Source: Amoebidium appalachense
Taxonomy: Eukaryota > Protista > Ichthyosporea
Assembly (NCBI GenBank): GCA_963693365.1
Contig: CAVNZM010000011.1
Span: 3,143,098-3,207,097 of the forward strand
Length of the DNA: 64,000 nucleotides
Direction: 5' to 3'
The notes under the pieces are model-generated. The model was not told where the DNA came from. It ran no database searches and saw only the letters and a program-made list of their open reading frames with translations. Below, in pieces: positions 24,852 to 38,595 of this stretch. Numbering within the stretch: the first letter of the stretch is position 1; every line of letters begins with the position of its first letter. Made by a program: the position numbers and the translations under genes.

Positions 24852-24882
<31 letters not shown>

Positions 24883-24886
24883 GGGG

Positions 24887-24927
<41 letters not shown>

Positions 24928-25188
24928 GGAGGAGGACTCCGGAAGGGGGCCCGGGGGAGGGGGGGGGGGGGGAGGGGGGGGGGGAGGGTAGAAAGGGGGA
25001 GAGGGGATAAGAAAGATTCACTAAGACGAATAGGAAAAGTGTGTGCCACGGTGCATGCGTGTGAAGGGTGGGGGGGGGGGGGGGGGGGGGGGGGGGCGCA
25101 TTTTATTTTTATTTTTATTTTTATTTTTATTTTAATTTTTATTATTATTTTTATTTTAGTTTTATTTTTATTTTATTTTTATTATTAT

Positions 25189-25219
<31 letters not shown>

Positions 25220-25257
25220 GGGAGGAGGGGGGTGGGGTGAACGGGTTAATCAAGGAT

Positions 25258-25291
<34 letters not shown>

Positions 25292-25498
25292 GGGATGGAG
25301 GGGGATGGGAATAGTGCTTATCATAATTGACTACGTGTGAGTGCACGTCACGTGCAAATGCATCATAAAGGGGTTGACTTAAGCCCTCTCGATGTGCCTT
25401 TTTGCATTACTTAATGTTTTTGAGGGACACTTGCAGCTGGAGAAAGCCCGCTGCAGGAGGGAAACAGGGGGAGGCCGGGCGGAAGGGGTGGGGTGGGG

Positions 25499-25529
<31 letters not shown>

Positions 25530-25577
25530 GCTGGGGGGAGCATACATACACTCCAAACTCTAGAGAGGTTTGCAAAA

Positions 25578-26490
25578 TCACATCAAAGTATTGATTCTTG
25601 GTCCGGGGCGTTTCCGGCCAGAGAGTGTGAATGGCGTACCATGCCACGGTGTGGACATCCTACAGGAAATCTTCCGTTGTGTCGTCCACTTTCCCGGAAA
25701 ACAGGGATGTACATTGTAATCATCATTTCGAAACTCGTTATGTTTCACTGAGAGTTTTTGCACCGGGGATGAGGATGCACAAAGAAGACAAGAGAGAACT
25801 TCTGAGGGGAAGGGAAGCCCAAAAAGACCACGGAATACACGGGGGCGATCAGGTGGACTGGCATTCAGGCAAAGGGTGATACAATCAATCAACCGCAGAA
25901 AATATTTGGAATGGATCCCTCTAATATCCCATTCGCGCAGCATTTTCATACATCCGAATTCTTGCTCCATGTTGGCATACCCACGGTGCACGCTTTCCTT
26001 GGCCTTTTTTCCGTGATACCCCTTGCCCTCGGAGCTGGATCGTTTTCCTTGCGAGGCTGCCAATTTAGTTTCCTGCCGCAAATTCATCCCCCCCCCCCCC
26101 CCCCTCCCCCCGCCCACACACACATACACACACACACACACCTCTTCCCCCCCTTTTCTCACGCCTCAGCCGCCACAAAAAGCAAGAAAATTAAACGAGG
26201 AAAGTGAAAGCGTAAAAGTTGGTAACCGTTCTCTGTGGCTTGCCTCAGATGTGAACCACATTCGAAGGGGTAGTTGTTTGTCATTGGTAGAGCGACTCTA
26301 CAGCGAGCCAATCCTTGGCTGATTGGCATGCCATACATGCACGACAACAACCAGTTCTGGTCTTCTAGAGAACAAACGTGGCTTTCTAAGGAGGGTCTGT
26401 GAGAAGCGGTGGCCGAAAGAAGGTAGATGGCGAAGGGGGTGAAGGGAGAGTTGTAGCAAAACCGAGCCTTCAAGAGCTCAAGTGAACGGA
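25578..26490 (-). pseudogene. Unidentified coding-like sequence, probably decayed
   Basis: Non-repetitive, mixed-composition blocks with partial open frames on the minus strand. No recognisable motif. Confidence 0.2.
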
Positions 26491-27139
26491 GATGGGGCGG
26501 GCGGGGAGGGGGGGCGGGGGGGGGGGGGGGGAGTATTAAAAAGACGAAAGGAGGGAGGAAGGGTGGGGGGGGGGGGGGAGGGAGGGAGGGGAAGTCGGCA
26601 AACGAAGGGGGGGGGGGGGGGGGGGGGGGGTCCCAAAGGACACGTGTGTGTGGAAGAAAACGGAGGGAATGTTTATTTTTGCAATCGTAAGTGACTGAAC
26701 CACTATGTTTGCACATGTCTTAATACTGTTTGCTGAATCACCTCGAACGGAGATCAGGGCATTTTTCTTATTCCCCCCTCCTCCCCCCCCCCCCCCCCCC
26801 CCCCCCGTCCCGCCCGCCCCACCTGCGGAGCCCTTTTTTTTTCTCCCTTCTCAATCTTATCACTTTAGGGTTGAAGCTTTCCCGAGCTCCCACTACTGCT
26901 GTAGATAGTGCCTGACGCACATGCATGCACGCATCTGCATATATGTACACGTTTACATACTATGAAACGAGCCTTAACAAGCACCATCTCAACCGCATCT
27001 ACATATTGTATGTGCTTGTTCAAATTACCTGAGACTTCAATTATAACATTGACCACTTGGTTACCACCACGTGTACACATGTCGTCATATTTTTTCTTCC
27101 GCATTACGTACGCCCATGTCGTAGTCATATCATTGTGAT

Positions 27140-27718
27140 ATTTGGAGCCCTACCGCTGCTTCTTTCCCTCAATGTCGTCATTTAGTTTATTCTATCTACC
27201 ACGTTCCCATTTTCATGTCGTCAATTCTCTTCTTCCGCATCTTGCCCATGCCGTAGTCGTCGTCATAATCGTTTTTGGCGCCCCACCGCTGCTTCTTTGC
27301 TTTCCCTTCGATGTCGTCAATTCTCTTCTTCCGCATCTTGCCCATGCCGTAGTCGTCGTCGTTATTTTTGGCGCCCCACCGCTGCATCTTTGCTTTCCCT
27401 TCGATGTCGTCATTTTGTTCCTTCCACATCACCCGCATGTCGTAGTCGTCGTCGTTATTTTTGCGCACCGTCCTCTGCTTCTTCAGATTTCTCTTGATGT
27501 ACATGGCCTTGCGGCCCTGAACACATTGGTTCCAACAGTTATTGAACTGGTTTCCCCGCTGAAAGCATCTCTCTGCACAATTGGGGGCCTTGCTACAGAT
27601 GTCGTTGCACTCCCCCTCCCTGTAGCCCATGTTCTATGTGCACTCATAACGGCAGTCTGCAAGCGCAGACAGAGGCGCAAACAGCGCTATAGACGACGGC
27701 GGCAGCGAGGGCCAACAT
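27140..27718 (-). pseudogene. Disrupted secreted precursor: signal peptide, two CX3C-Xn-CX3C units, then RKKR-delimited repeats
   Basis: ATG at 27718 (MLALAAAVVYSAVCASVCA), frameshift near 27660, TAG at 27636-27634, then ORF 27630-27196 with 93-96-bp repeats and a further degenerate unit beyond the stop. Confidence 0.7.
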
Positions 27719-28833
27719 GGTCGTTGTGGTTATGTTAAGGTGCGCAACGTTCAGAGACACAGTCAGACACCGACTGATCGATATAGTTTTTGCCTCTCTC
27801 TTTTGTGGTCTTCTCAAAATTTGTCCCTTTTTTGTCCCAGCTGCCAAAACGATCTTGGCTGTACATGTGCTCCCATGCGATTATTCAAAGTTGGCAACCT
27901 GCTCGAGCTCCCGATCCGGAATCCGGGGAACAAATAATTTCTAACCCTGTTTTCTAATAGTAAACAGAGATGCCTATTGGTTGATTTTATCGGACCGTGT
28001 GTGCCTGCTCACACACAATCGATATACAAGTTTACCCATCTCAACCACTACATTTTCTAAGTATATACAGTAGGTTGTCCGCGGCTATCATTGCTTGAAG
28101 CTGTACAAGATGGTCATGGCTGTCATTGTACCTATCTTCATTCTGTGTTGACCTTAACTTCACATCATCGTTTGCCCCTACCCTCCTACCCTCCTTTTCC
28201 TTGTTACTCGTTGAGCCCCGCCACCTCTGTCCACCTGCCCTTTTTGTCTCTGTCCGTCTTTTGTCTATCGTTATATCTCTCCTTCCCCGCAGCTCCCCTC
28301 CACCCTTCCCTCCACCACCACCACCAAACCCAATCAAACCCTACCAATGGACTACCACCAGTCAGCACTGCACATTTCTCCCGTCTGTTGTTTCCTTGTT
28401 AACCCCCACCTAGCCTGTAACCAATTATGCACTCTTTTACACGGACCCCCCTGGTTAGACTATGTTCCACTGTCTCTGCGTTGCATGAACTGTTGCTCTC
28501 TTCCACCATGCAATAGGTTTTAATAGATTATCTTTCACCCCCTACCCTCCATTCTGGCCAGCACACCTAAATGCAACACGCTACTCCTGACCACATTTCT
28601 CCAGGATTGATGTAGCATGGAGTTCCCTCTCTGCTTTTGCCACATGTATGCCATGACCGAGCCACAGTCTACAAATGCAGGTGTGTGTCCTTGTGGTGAA
28701 TAGAACTGTATATGCGTGCCTGTTTGTAATGAGAAAACAGATGGGGATTAGGGGGGAATGACACAGTTTGCATGTTGGTGGGGGGCAAGATCGGTTCGAT
28801 CACGCACGTGTGTGTGCGTGTGTGCGTGTGTCT

Positions 28834-28884
<51 letters not shown>

Positions 28885-29549
28885 TGTGTGTGTGTGAGTG
28901 TGTGTGGAGGGGGGGGGGGGGGGGGGGGGATATTATGTGCGAGTGTCAAGTTTGGGTGTACGTGTGGGTGGTTGTGGGTTGTTGTTGGTGGGTGTATGGG
29001 TTTGTATGTGTGTGGGGGGGGGGAGGGGGGGAGGGGGGGGAGGCGCGTGCGCGTGTGTGTATGTGTGTGGGTGCGTGTGTGCCTGGGTGTGTGTATATGT
29101 AGGTAGTGTGTGTGTATGCTGTGTGTGTGTGTGCGCGCGCAAGGGATGGAAGGAGTCAACACGACGAACTTACCAGCGTCTCCGGGCGCTGTGCCAGGAC
29201 ACATCTCCTCCCTCCCGTCACCCTCTTTCCCCACTTGTCCAAGATCCCATGCTGCTCGGGGAGGGAGGAGAAAGGGGGAGGGGTGGAGGGGTTGAGGCCA
29301 ACCCGTTCTGTAGTAGTTGTTTAAGGATTGCCATTTTCCATGTTTTGAGTACCAGATCAAAATGCAGTGCAGATTGCTAGAGTACACAGCACCGTAGCCC
29401 TCTCCTTTCCCCCCAGATATCTATATGCCAACCGCAAGCCCTACATCTATCCTTCCTGCTTGAGTAATCCAGATCCTCGCCCAGTCCTCTCCTCTCCCTT
29501 TCCCCTTTCAACACATACAAACACGCCAACAAATCCGCCTGTGGCCGCG

Positions 29550-29800
29550 CACACACATACACCCACACAAACATACACACATACACAGAGAGAGACAGAG
29601 AGAGATAGGGACAGATAGGCACACACACACACACACACACACACAAACATACACACATACACAGAGAGAGAGAGAGAGAGAGATAGGGACAGACAGACAC
29701 ACACACACACACACACACACATACGCCCACACAAACATACACACATACACCCACACAAACATCACACATACACACACAGAGAGAGAGAGAGATAGGGACA

Positions 29801-29877
<77 letters not shown>

Positions 29878-29926
29878 ACACAAACATACACACATACACA
29901 CACAGAGAGAGAGAGAGATAGGGACA

Positions 29927-30012
<86 letters not shown>
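29550..30012. repeat. Compound minisatellite
   Basis: Four units of cacaaacatacacacatacaca-(GA)n-tagggacaga-(CA)n. Confidence 0.85.
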
Positions 30013-30014
<2 letters not shown>

Positions 30015-30535
30015 CGGTGAGAACTATTCAATAGATTCATATGAACTGTCCCTCCCCCTACCTCTCCCACCGCCTACCTCCCTTTCCCCCCCTCCTCCCC
30101 CCCGGACAAGCACACACTACCAGACACACTCATGTTACTGCTTGTACAGGATTGGCTGCCACGGTTTCCTTGCCGGGGGCTCTCCAGCTAACACAGTGCC
30201 ACGGCAAGGTTTGTAGTCCTACTGCGGGATGCTACTGCTTCCTATCATACAAAGAAAATATCGTCACGCAAAAAGGCAAATATTTATGATTTGTAGTTCG
30301 TCAAGTGCCCATTGCTGCTGCCAACCACCCCATCATCACGAACACTCACTCAACAAGCCACACAAAAAACATACACGTGCATGAGCTACCAGCTCTACCT
30401 ACCCCCCCCCCCCCTCTCAGAGGTCGAAAAATCCTTTTCACCCTCTAAATTCCCATAAACCTTATATTCTCGTTAGTAAGATAACACACGCTCATGCCCC
30501 CGCACGCACACATACACGTGCACATACGCACACAC

Positions 30536-30584
<49 letters not shown>

Positions 30585-30597
30585 CACACACACACAC

Positions 30598-30695
30598 AAA
30601 GACACACATGCGCATGTGGTCACACACACACATGCACATACACAGACACACACATGCACACACACACACACACACAAAGACACACATGCACATGT

Positions 30696-30744
<49 letters not shown>

Positions 30745-30892
30745 AAGACACACATGCGCATGTGGACACACACAAACACACACAAACACACACTTACACA
30801 CACACATGCACACACACACAAACACACACACACACACACACAAAGACACACACAAAGACAGACATGCGCATGTGGACACACACACACACAAA

Positions 30893-30926
<34 letters not shown>

Positions 30927-31065
30927 GACAGACATGCGCATGTGGACACACACACACACACACACACACACAAAGACACACACACGCACAAAGACACACA
31001 CACACACACACACACAAAGACAGACATGCGCATGTGGACACACACACACACACACACAAACACAC

Positions 31066-31102
<37 letters not shown>

Positions 31103-31249
31103 GACACACACAAAGACACACACAAAGACAGACATGCGCATGTGGACACACACACACACACACACAAAGACACACACACACATACACACACAAAGACACA
31201 CACAAAGACAGACATGCGCATGTGGACACACACACACACACACACAAAG

Positions 31250-31250
<1 letters not shown>
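30598..31250. repeat. Compound minisatellite with a palindromic core
   Basis: About eight copies of aagaca(g/c)acatgcgcatgtggac separated by (CA)n of variable length. Confidence 0.9.
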
Positions 31251-31296
<46 letters not shown>

Positions 31297-31701
31297 TATG
31301 CACACACGGTTTGGTAGGGTTTCTTGCTGTTTCGTGCAGTCATTCATGTACGACCAGAGTCACACGGGCACTAAACTTCTTACACTGCTCATTTGTGCAG
31401 GTGTGCCAGAACAATAGAACAATCGCACAAGCATTCAAAACAGCTGCTGCTGCAGCAAGCTTTTCTGCAGCCAATCTTACACAGACACCTATACTAGTTG
31501 TGTGGGTGGGTGTTGCCCCCCCCCCCCCCCCCCCCCCCCCTTTCCTGCTCTCCTCACGCCTTACTTCTCCACCCCCCCCCCCCCCCCCTCTCTCTTCTCT
31601 CCCTCTCCCTCTCCCTCTCCCTCTTCGTCTCCCTCTCTTTCCCTCTCCCTTCCTCTCTCTCTCACTCTCTCTCTCTCGCTCCCTCTCCCTCTCTCTCCCC
31701 G

Positions 31702-31745
<44 letters not shown>

Positions 31746-31796
31746 CCTCTCTCGCTCTACTGTAGCTCTCACCTTCTCAGTCTCCTTTTCTCTCTC

Positions 31797-31888
<92 letters not shown>

Positions 31889-33107
31889 CCACCCCCCCTC
31901 TAGAGAGTCTCTCTCTCTCCACTTCTTTTTTCTCTCTCACACCGTCCCCCTCTTTCCCTCCCTCCCTTTCCGTTCCTCCCTCCCTTCATCCCCTCCTTCT
32001 CCCCTTCCTTCTTCTTTTCCTCTCTCCCTCTCTCTCTCCCCTTCTCTCCCTTGCTCCCTCCTCTCCCTCCCTCCCTCCCTCCCTCCCTCCCACTCTCCGT
32101 GTCTCTCTCATTCCCTCTCTCTCTCTCTCTCATTTTTCAACCTCCTCCCCAGGGCTCACTTTTCCCCTTGCCCTCTCCTCATTTTCCTCTCTTGCTCCTT
32201 CCTACCTTTTTCCCCTTTGACAAGGAATGAGGCCCGGGTACCATATCAGGAGCGGGCAATTTTTGAATTCTCCCTCCCCGGCCCCGCCGGGGAAAATTTG
32301 AGGTTTTTGGACCTCAAAGAAGTCAAATCCTGCAAAATCCACTACCGGGAGGCCAAAAAGGGTGATTTTACAAAAAAGGAGGGACATACATGAAAAAGAG
32401 AAAATGGGCGAGTTCAGTGGGCTGCCGATAAGTATATTTCGTGCTGGGCCGGTATACATGCTGCCGTGGTTGTTGCTGTAGACGGCAGTATGGCATCGCA
32501 TGTGTCACGTGACCTGCACGTGAATGCGACCATGTGCAGGCACTGAGTCTAGGGGGATTTGTATGTGTGTTTTGGAGCACCGACAAGGCAGAGCCAGGGT
32601 GAGGGATGTGTAAACATGGAGTTTAGGGAGATCGTGCTGCTATTGTAACATGTGCACAAAACAGCCACGTGCACCGGCACACTCCGGTGTACAGAACAAT
32701 AATATGCACATGCGTCACTGTAATATCATGTATGCGCATGCCGCACAAGGTTTAGGAGACCACCACAGTATATACTATTTTCTTTTGGTTGATATCCATG
32801 TAGGAATGGTGTGTTGCAGTTGTCATGATCAGCCTGAGGCAGGCACGTGCACTCACTGAATCACTAGAACTCATGAATAAAAAATACATTCGCTAAAAAC
32901 GGCAAGGTAAATTTGGGGCCAAGCTATTATTTCCCCCTTTTAAACGTTTTTTTAGCTCCAAGAACTTCGACGCCAAAATTTCTATATTTGGCCATCGTAT
33001 ATGATAATGAACACGTGTACTTAAATTAAAGTAGTTATATAAATATGAGCGGCCCGTTACAAATACAGTGACGAAAAACAGTGACCCACGAGCAGTTTTT
33101 CTTTCTA

Positions 33108-33166
<59 letters not shown>

Positions 33167-33579
33167 ACACACACCAGACACACACACCACCACCACGGTG
33201 ACCACCACCACCACCACCACCACCACTCACCCCTTAAAAAAACCACACACATACGTGCACGTGTACACACACACACAGAACACCACCACCACCTCCACTG
33301 GACCCCATTTCCTCGTTGTTTTCTTAAGCCTTCAGACCAGTCCTGCACACTGGAGTTAAACAATTGAATTCACCTAGGCTGACATGCATCCACCCCCGCC
33401 TTCCACTTCCCCTCCCCCCCCACCCCCACCCCCCACCCCCCCCCACCCCCACCCCTCCCCCCTCGATGAAGAAGGGCCCCCGTAAGCCTTGGGGGGGGGG
33501 GGGGGGGGGGGGGGGGGAGAGGGGAGAGGGGGAGCTCTTGAGCCTCCGGGTAGGGAAGTGGGGTCCGGGGATCCGGAGA

Positions 33580-33611
<32 letters not shown>

Positions 33612-34513
33612 AAGGGGGGCATATAATATTGGGCCTAGATATCATAGTATGGGGCCCCGGGGGAGGGGAGAGGTGGGGGGGGGAGGGGGGAGGATCCACG
33701 GGAAAGACCTTTAGGTGCATGTTCTTATTTATACCCCCTTCGAATCATCCCCCTCTCCCCCCCCCCTCCCCCCCCTGAGTGCAGGCCGTGACGTAGCTAC
33801 GATAACCCTGCAGAAGGCAACAAAAATGTATTAATTACTAGCACTATACATGTGTTCATAGTGCAGCTTGCACCACGTATGATCTCAGCAACTTTAAAGT
33901 AGTCACAAAGTTTAGTTATTTTCATTATTTTCATTGCTCTGAACTCTATTACTCTGAAATGATCACCGTGCATGTGCCGCAAGATAACAACCCTATATGT
34001 GTGCAGCTGCTGCCTGCAGGTTAGACTCGCTGAAAAGACAATTGTCAGTGTGCATCCGACGCTTGCAGCTGCAGCTAGCCTCTGCAACATTAATACTTGC
34101 CAAGTGAATGCTCTTACACTTGATCATCATTCACTCAAAAAACCGAGGACCGACAGATTAAATATTAATGTCGATCCGAATGATCAGCAAGTGTCTATGC
34201 GTACTACTATATATACACACACGTAAAATGCGAAGCTATCAGTTACAAGGCACACCTGCTGCACTGGCACACATACACATACACACCGGCAGATCGATGC
34301 TGTCAAAATTTACTTTCATGTACTTCGTAGGTCCGACACAGGTGCACATGAACACGTACATATGTACAAGCCGCGCACACACCACACCACACATACACAC
34401 ACACACACACACACTCACACACGCACACACGCACACACGCACACACGCACACACGCACACACGCACGCACGCACGCACACACACACACACACGCACGCAC
34501 GCACGCGCGCGCG

Positions 34514-34589
<76 letters not shown>

Positions 34590-34915
34590 GACACACACAC
34601 ACACACACACATCACTGGGTGCGCTCGCTGGGGATTAGTTTTTTGGCACGCTGTTGACTTTATCGTGTGTTTATTATTTGCTATTTATTGGCCAGCGGCC
34701 AACATTTAAAAATATACTATATACCTAAAAATAGATACTGACTACGGCCAGCAGACATTATACACCTTCCAGGACACATTAACACCAATAGTCTAACACA
34801 CCATACTCTCGATCACAAAGAATTCCTAACAAACAGAGAAAAGTGCAAAGGCTCTGTACTATTACTCAGATTCTAAATTTTAATTCTTTACAGTAAACTT
34901 CGGAATGAAAGCTAG

Positions 34916-34955
<40 letters not shown>

Positions 34956-35041
34956 CCCCTAACATGACTGTACGAAGAACAGGTATAACTTGAAGCACTA
35001 CAACACATATGAGATCCGTTACATTGGTGTACATTCCAATA

Positions 35042-36704
35042 TTAGACACTAGTTTGGCTACTCTGACTACTCTGAGATCCTGATTGGCTGCCTGCAGACT
35101 TGCGGCCACGATTACTTTGCTTTCGATCGTGCCATTGCAGCTGCGTCTCTCCAGCAGGTGGCAACGCCAGGCCCAGCACAGCAGATGCACGAGAAGGGGG
35201 TGGGAACTGCCCACCAGCCGAGGGCTGGCCCACATGGCCCAAGTAAGGATGGGGACCGTGCTGCGGCAGTAGCCCAGGCATGGGGAAGGCAGGGCCGGGC
35301 TGAGGCGGCATGATGCCCCACGGTGGGGGCCAGCCATGTGGGTGGTGCGGGCCTGGATGGGGTGCAGGGGGCATGTGCGGCACATGGCCCTGCTGCATGT
35401 CAAGCGCGGGTGCTGGTGGCATGGCATCCTGATTGGCTGCAACCCAACGTGGGCAGCTCTTGGCCCGATTGGAGCCGGGGCAGCCCTTGCCCTGGCGGCC
35501 ACACGTCTTGCAGGTCTTGGGGGCTCTCTGGGGTGGCTGCATAGGAGGGGGCACCGGCAAATCCATCTGCAGGGGCCCCTCAGGGCCAATGTTGCGATGC
35601 TTTTTGCCCACTAGCATGGGCAAGGGCCGCTCACGCTGCGCCCCTGCATCGACACCGTCTGGAACAGGGAGGGGTGGCAAGGGGGCAGGCCGTATGGTTG
35701 CTGGCACAGCGTCTGCCCTCTCCTCGCGCATACGCTTGCGGTGATCTGCCAGGCCCTCGTGTGTGGAGCGCTGTGCATGTGCCGTCTGCCAGGTCTTCCA
35801 CTTGTCGAAATGCTTCTTGATGTAGGCCGCATCCTTCATGTAGATTCCCCCAGCCACAGAGGCAGCCTTGTTGAAGTCTTGGGCCAAAGCCTCGAACAGC
35901 TGGCCGTTGGGCTTTGCATGTGCCTTGTAGGTGCCCAGGAGCAGCGTGCTGAATAGCTTGCGCTCCTGAGGGGTAAGCACCGGAAGGAAGGGGATGGCCA
36001 CATGTTGCTTCTGCGCCAGGAACTTGTAGTCGCCCCTCAGTGCAGGGTCCGGCTGTGGTGCACCACGCGCCACCTGGTTGCCCCCCCCCATGGCAGCACC
36101 GTCACCCTCCTCGACCTCACAGTCCTCTGGCCCGCCCATCACGCCATTGGCTGCAGGCTCGATGTTATCAGACGGAGGTGGGGGTGCGGGCACCGCAACT
36201 GGCTCCTGCGCCGGGGCATTGGCCACACAGGAGAGCGGGGCAAAGTTGAAGTACTCCTCCGGTAGCTTGTAGCAGCCTACGGGTACCCACTGGGGGTCGA
36301 GGTGATGGCCGTACAGCATCAGCGCCAGTGCCTCCATGTCGTCAACAATCCAGGGGCTGTAGTGGGGGGGCCCCGATGCCTGGCCCAGGCGGTTGCGGTA
36401 GTGTGCACGCAGGTTGTGGCGGTGGCGCCTATTGGACATGGTGGCGTCCAGCAGGCGCAGCGACATGCGTGTGGCCCCAAAGTGGGTGGCCAGGGGGTTG
36501 TGCACTGCCCCCTCCACCTCGTTGGTGCCCCGGATGCAGCGGTAGCGCATGAGCCCATCTGCGTCGGCAGTGGTCTCGTAGTAGAGGGGCAGGCCGGGGG
36601 GGTCCGACAGACAGCCATTTTGGGCGTGTTCGAGCAGCGACTGTGGGGGCACAAGCAAACATCAGAGAGATGGGTGGGTGGTGGTGGTGGTAGTGTGTGT
36701 GTAT

Positions 36705-36735
<31 letters not shown>

Positions 36736-36820
36736 GGGGGGGGGGGGATGGGGTTGCTAAGGAAAAAAACGAGCAGGGAAAGGCAAAAAACAACTGGCTA
36801 GGCAGCAAGGGCCGTGCGGG

Positions 36821-36890
<70 letters not shown>

Positions 36891-37475
36891 ATGTTTGGGG
36901 GGGGGAGGGGGGGGGGGGGGGGGGGGGGAGGCTAGGGTGTGCGTGTGTGTGCAGATGAACCAAGGATGACAAATAAGCGAAGAATCTTTTCTGTGGTGGT
37001 GGAGTTGTTGGGCGCCTGCAGGGGAGGGGGGGGGGGGGGGGGGGGATGTTGCCTCGAGTCTTTCAAAGCCATCCTTCTTGAACAGAGGCTTGCCATCCGG
37101 TCCGGGCGGCACATCCTTGTAGGTGTTTTTGAACTCCACCAGCCGCGAGACCAGCGTGTATGGGTCGGGAATAACCCGCCGGATGCGCTCCATGAAGTAG
37201 CTCAGGTCGCCGCCCTTGAGCTCGGTTTCAATGTCGATGCCCTTCTGCTCCAGCACCCCCTGTGAGGCAGGATGCCAATATTAATTTACTACGCACACTG
37301 CAATTTGGGTTTGGTAGACTTTGATACCTGCCGTTATTGTAGGACCCCTCCCCTCCACCCCCCCCATCTTCTCCCCCAACACAAGTAAAAAATGCATGTG
37401 GCTCTTTCCCCCCACAACCCTACATTATTTCTCTCTAGGCATATGAATAACCCCCACTCTCCTCCCCCCCCCCCC

Positions 37476-37517
<42 letters not shown>

Positions 37518-38562
37518 TTGCCCCCCCTCTCTCTGAGGCTCAGGCTCTCTCTCTTCCCTCAGAAGTTTTGTCGAAGGTGTGCATGGTTGTGGGTGGAATG
37601 GTGAGTGTGTGCTAACGAGTGTATGTGTGTGTGCGCGTCAGTCACGCATGTTGTTGTTGCCGTTTTTTTTATTTTTATTTTTTATTTTTTATTTTGGGGG
37701 GGGGGGGGGGGGGGGGGGCACCTTCACATGTCCGTAATCCTCTTCATTCCACACAAATATTGCCTCGCTGAGTGCGCGTGCGTACTCAGCCCTGCGGGGG
37801 TGTGACTTGTACGTGCCGTCCGCCGTGTTTGCAATGGAGTGGAAGGCGTCATTCAGCACAGTCTGCCACACCACCTCCCCAGGCGGTGCCTGGCCCAACA
37901 TGCCCTCTCTGGGAGCTGCCTCGGGTCCCCCTGGGGCTGCCTCAAGGCCCCCCGGGGCTGCCTGGGGGTCCTGGGGGGGTGCCTGTGGGCCGGCAAGGGG
38001 TTGCTGCTGCTCGGCAGGGGGAGGACTGGCAGGGGGAGGGGCTGGGTCAGGGACCACCGGCACCTCGGCACCTGGGTCCGGTGGGGGCTGAATGGGCCGT
38101 AGCCACTGCAGGTGCACCATCAGCTCAAAGGGCGGCGGGCCCAGCTCTCCCAGGGTCTTGCCCTTGTCGGGGCCAAAGGGCACCTGCATGGCCGGCGACA
38201 GCACCTGATCCACCCGCACCACTGCATGCTTCTTGCCCACCTTCATGCCCCCCCAGCGCTCCGGCTGCACAGCCAGCACCACCCCGGTGGCTGCTGCAGC
38301 ATGTGGGCCCCGCCGGGGCACAATCTCAACCCCTTCACCGAGTGCCTTTGCATGAAGCCGCGCTGCATGTCATAGAGGGAAGCAAAAAACTCAGCCAAAA
38401 AGCCACAGCACCAACGTTTTTCTCTTCGCTCCACAAAAATCAAATGCATATTCCTTAGCAACCCCCTTCCCCCCCCCCCCCCCCCCCCCTTCTCCCTCCC
38501 CCCCCCCCCCTCCTCCCAGTGCCCAGCTTGTGTGGCACTTGCACGTGTTAACAGTGCTATAG

Positions 38563-38595
<33 letters not shown>

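Noticed and set aside
27142-27738. Plus-strand hydrophobic 198-aa ORF
   Set aside because: Antisense shadow of the minus-strand repeat precursor.
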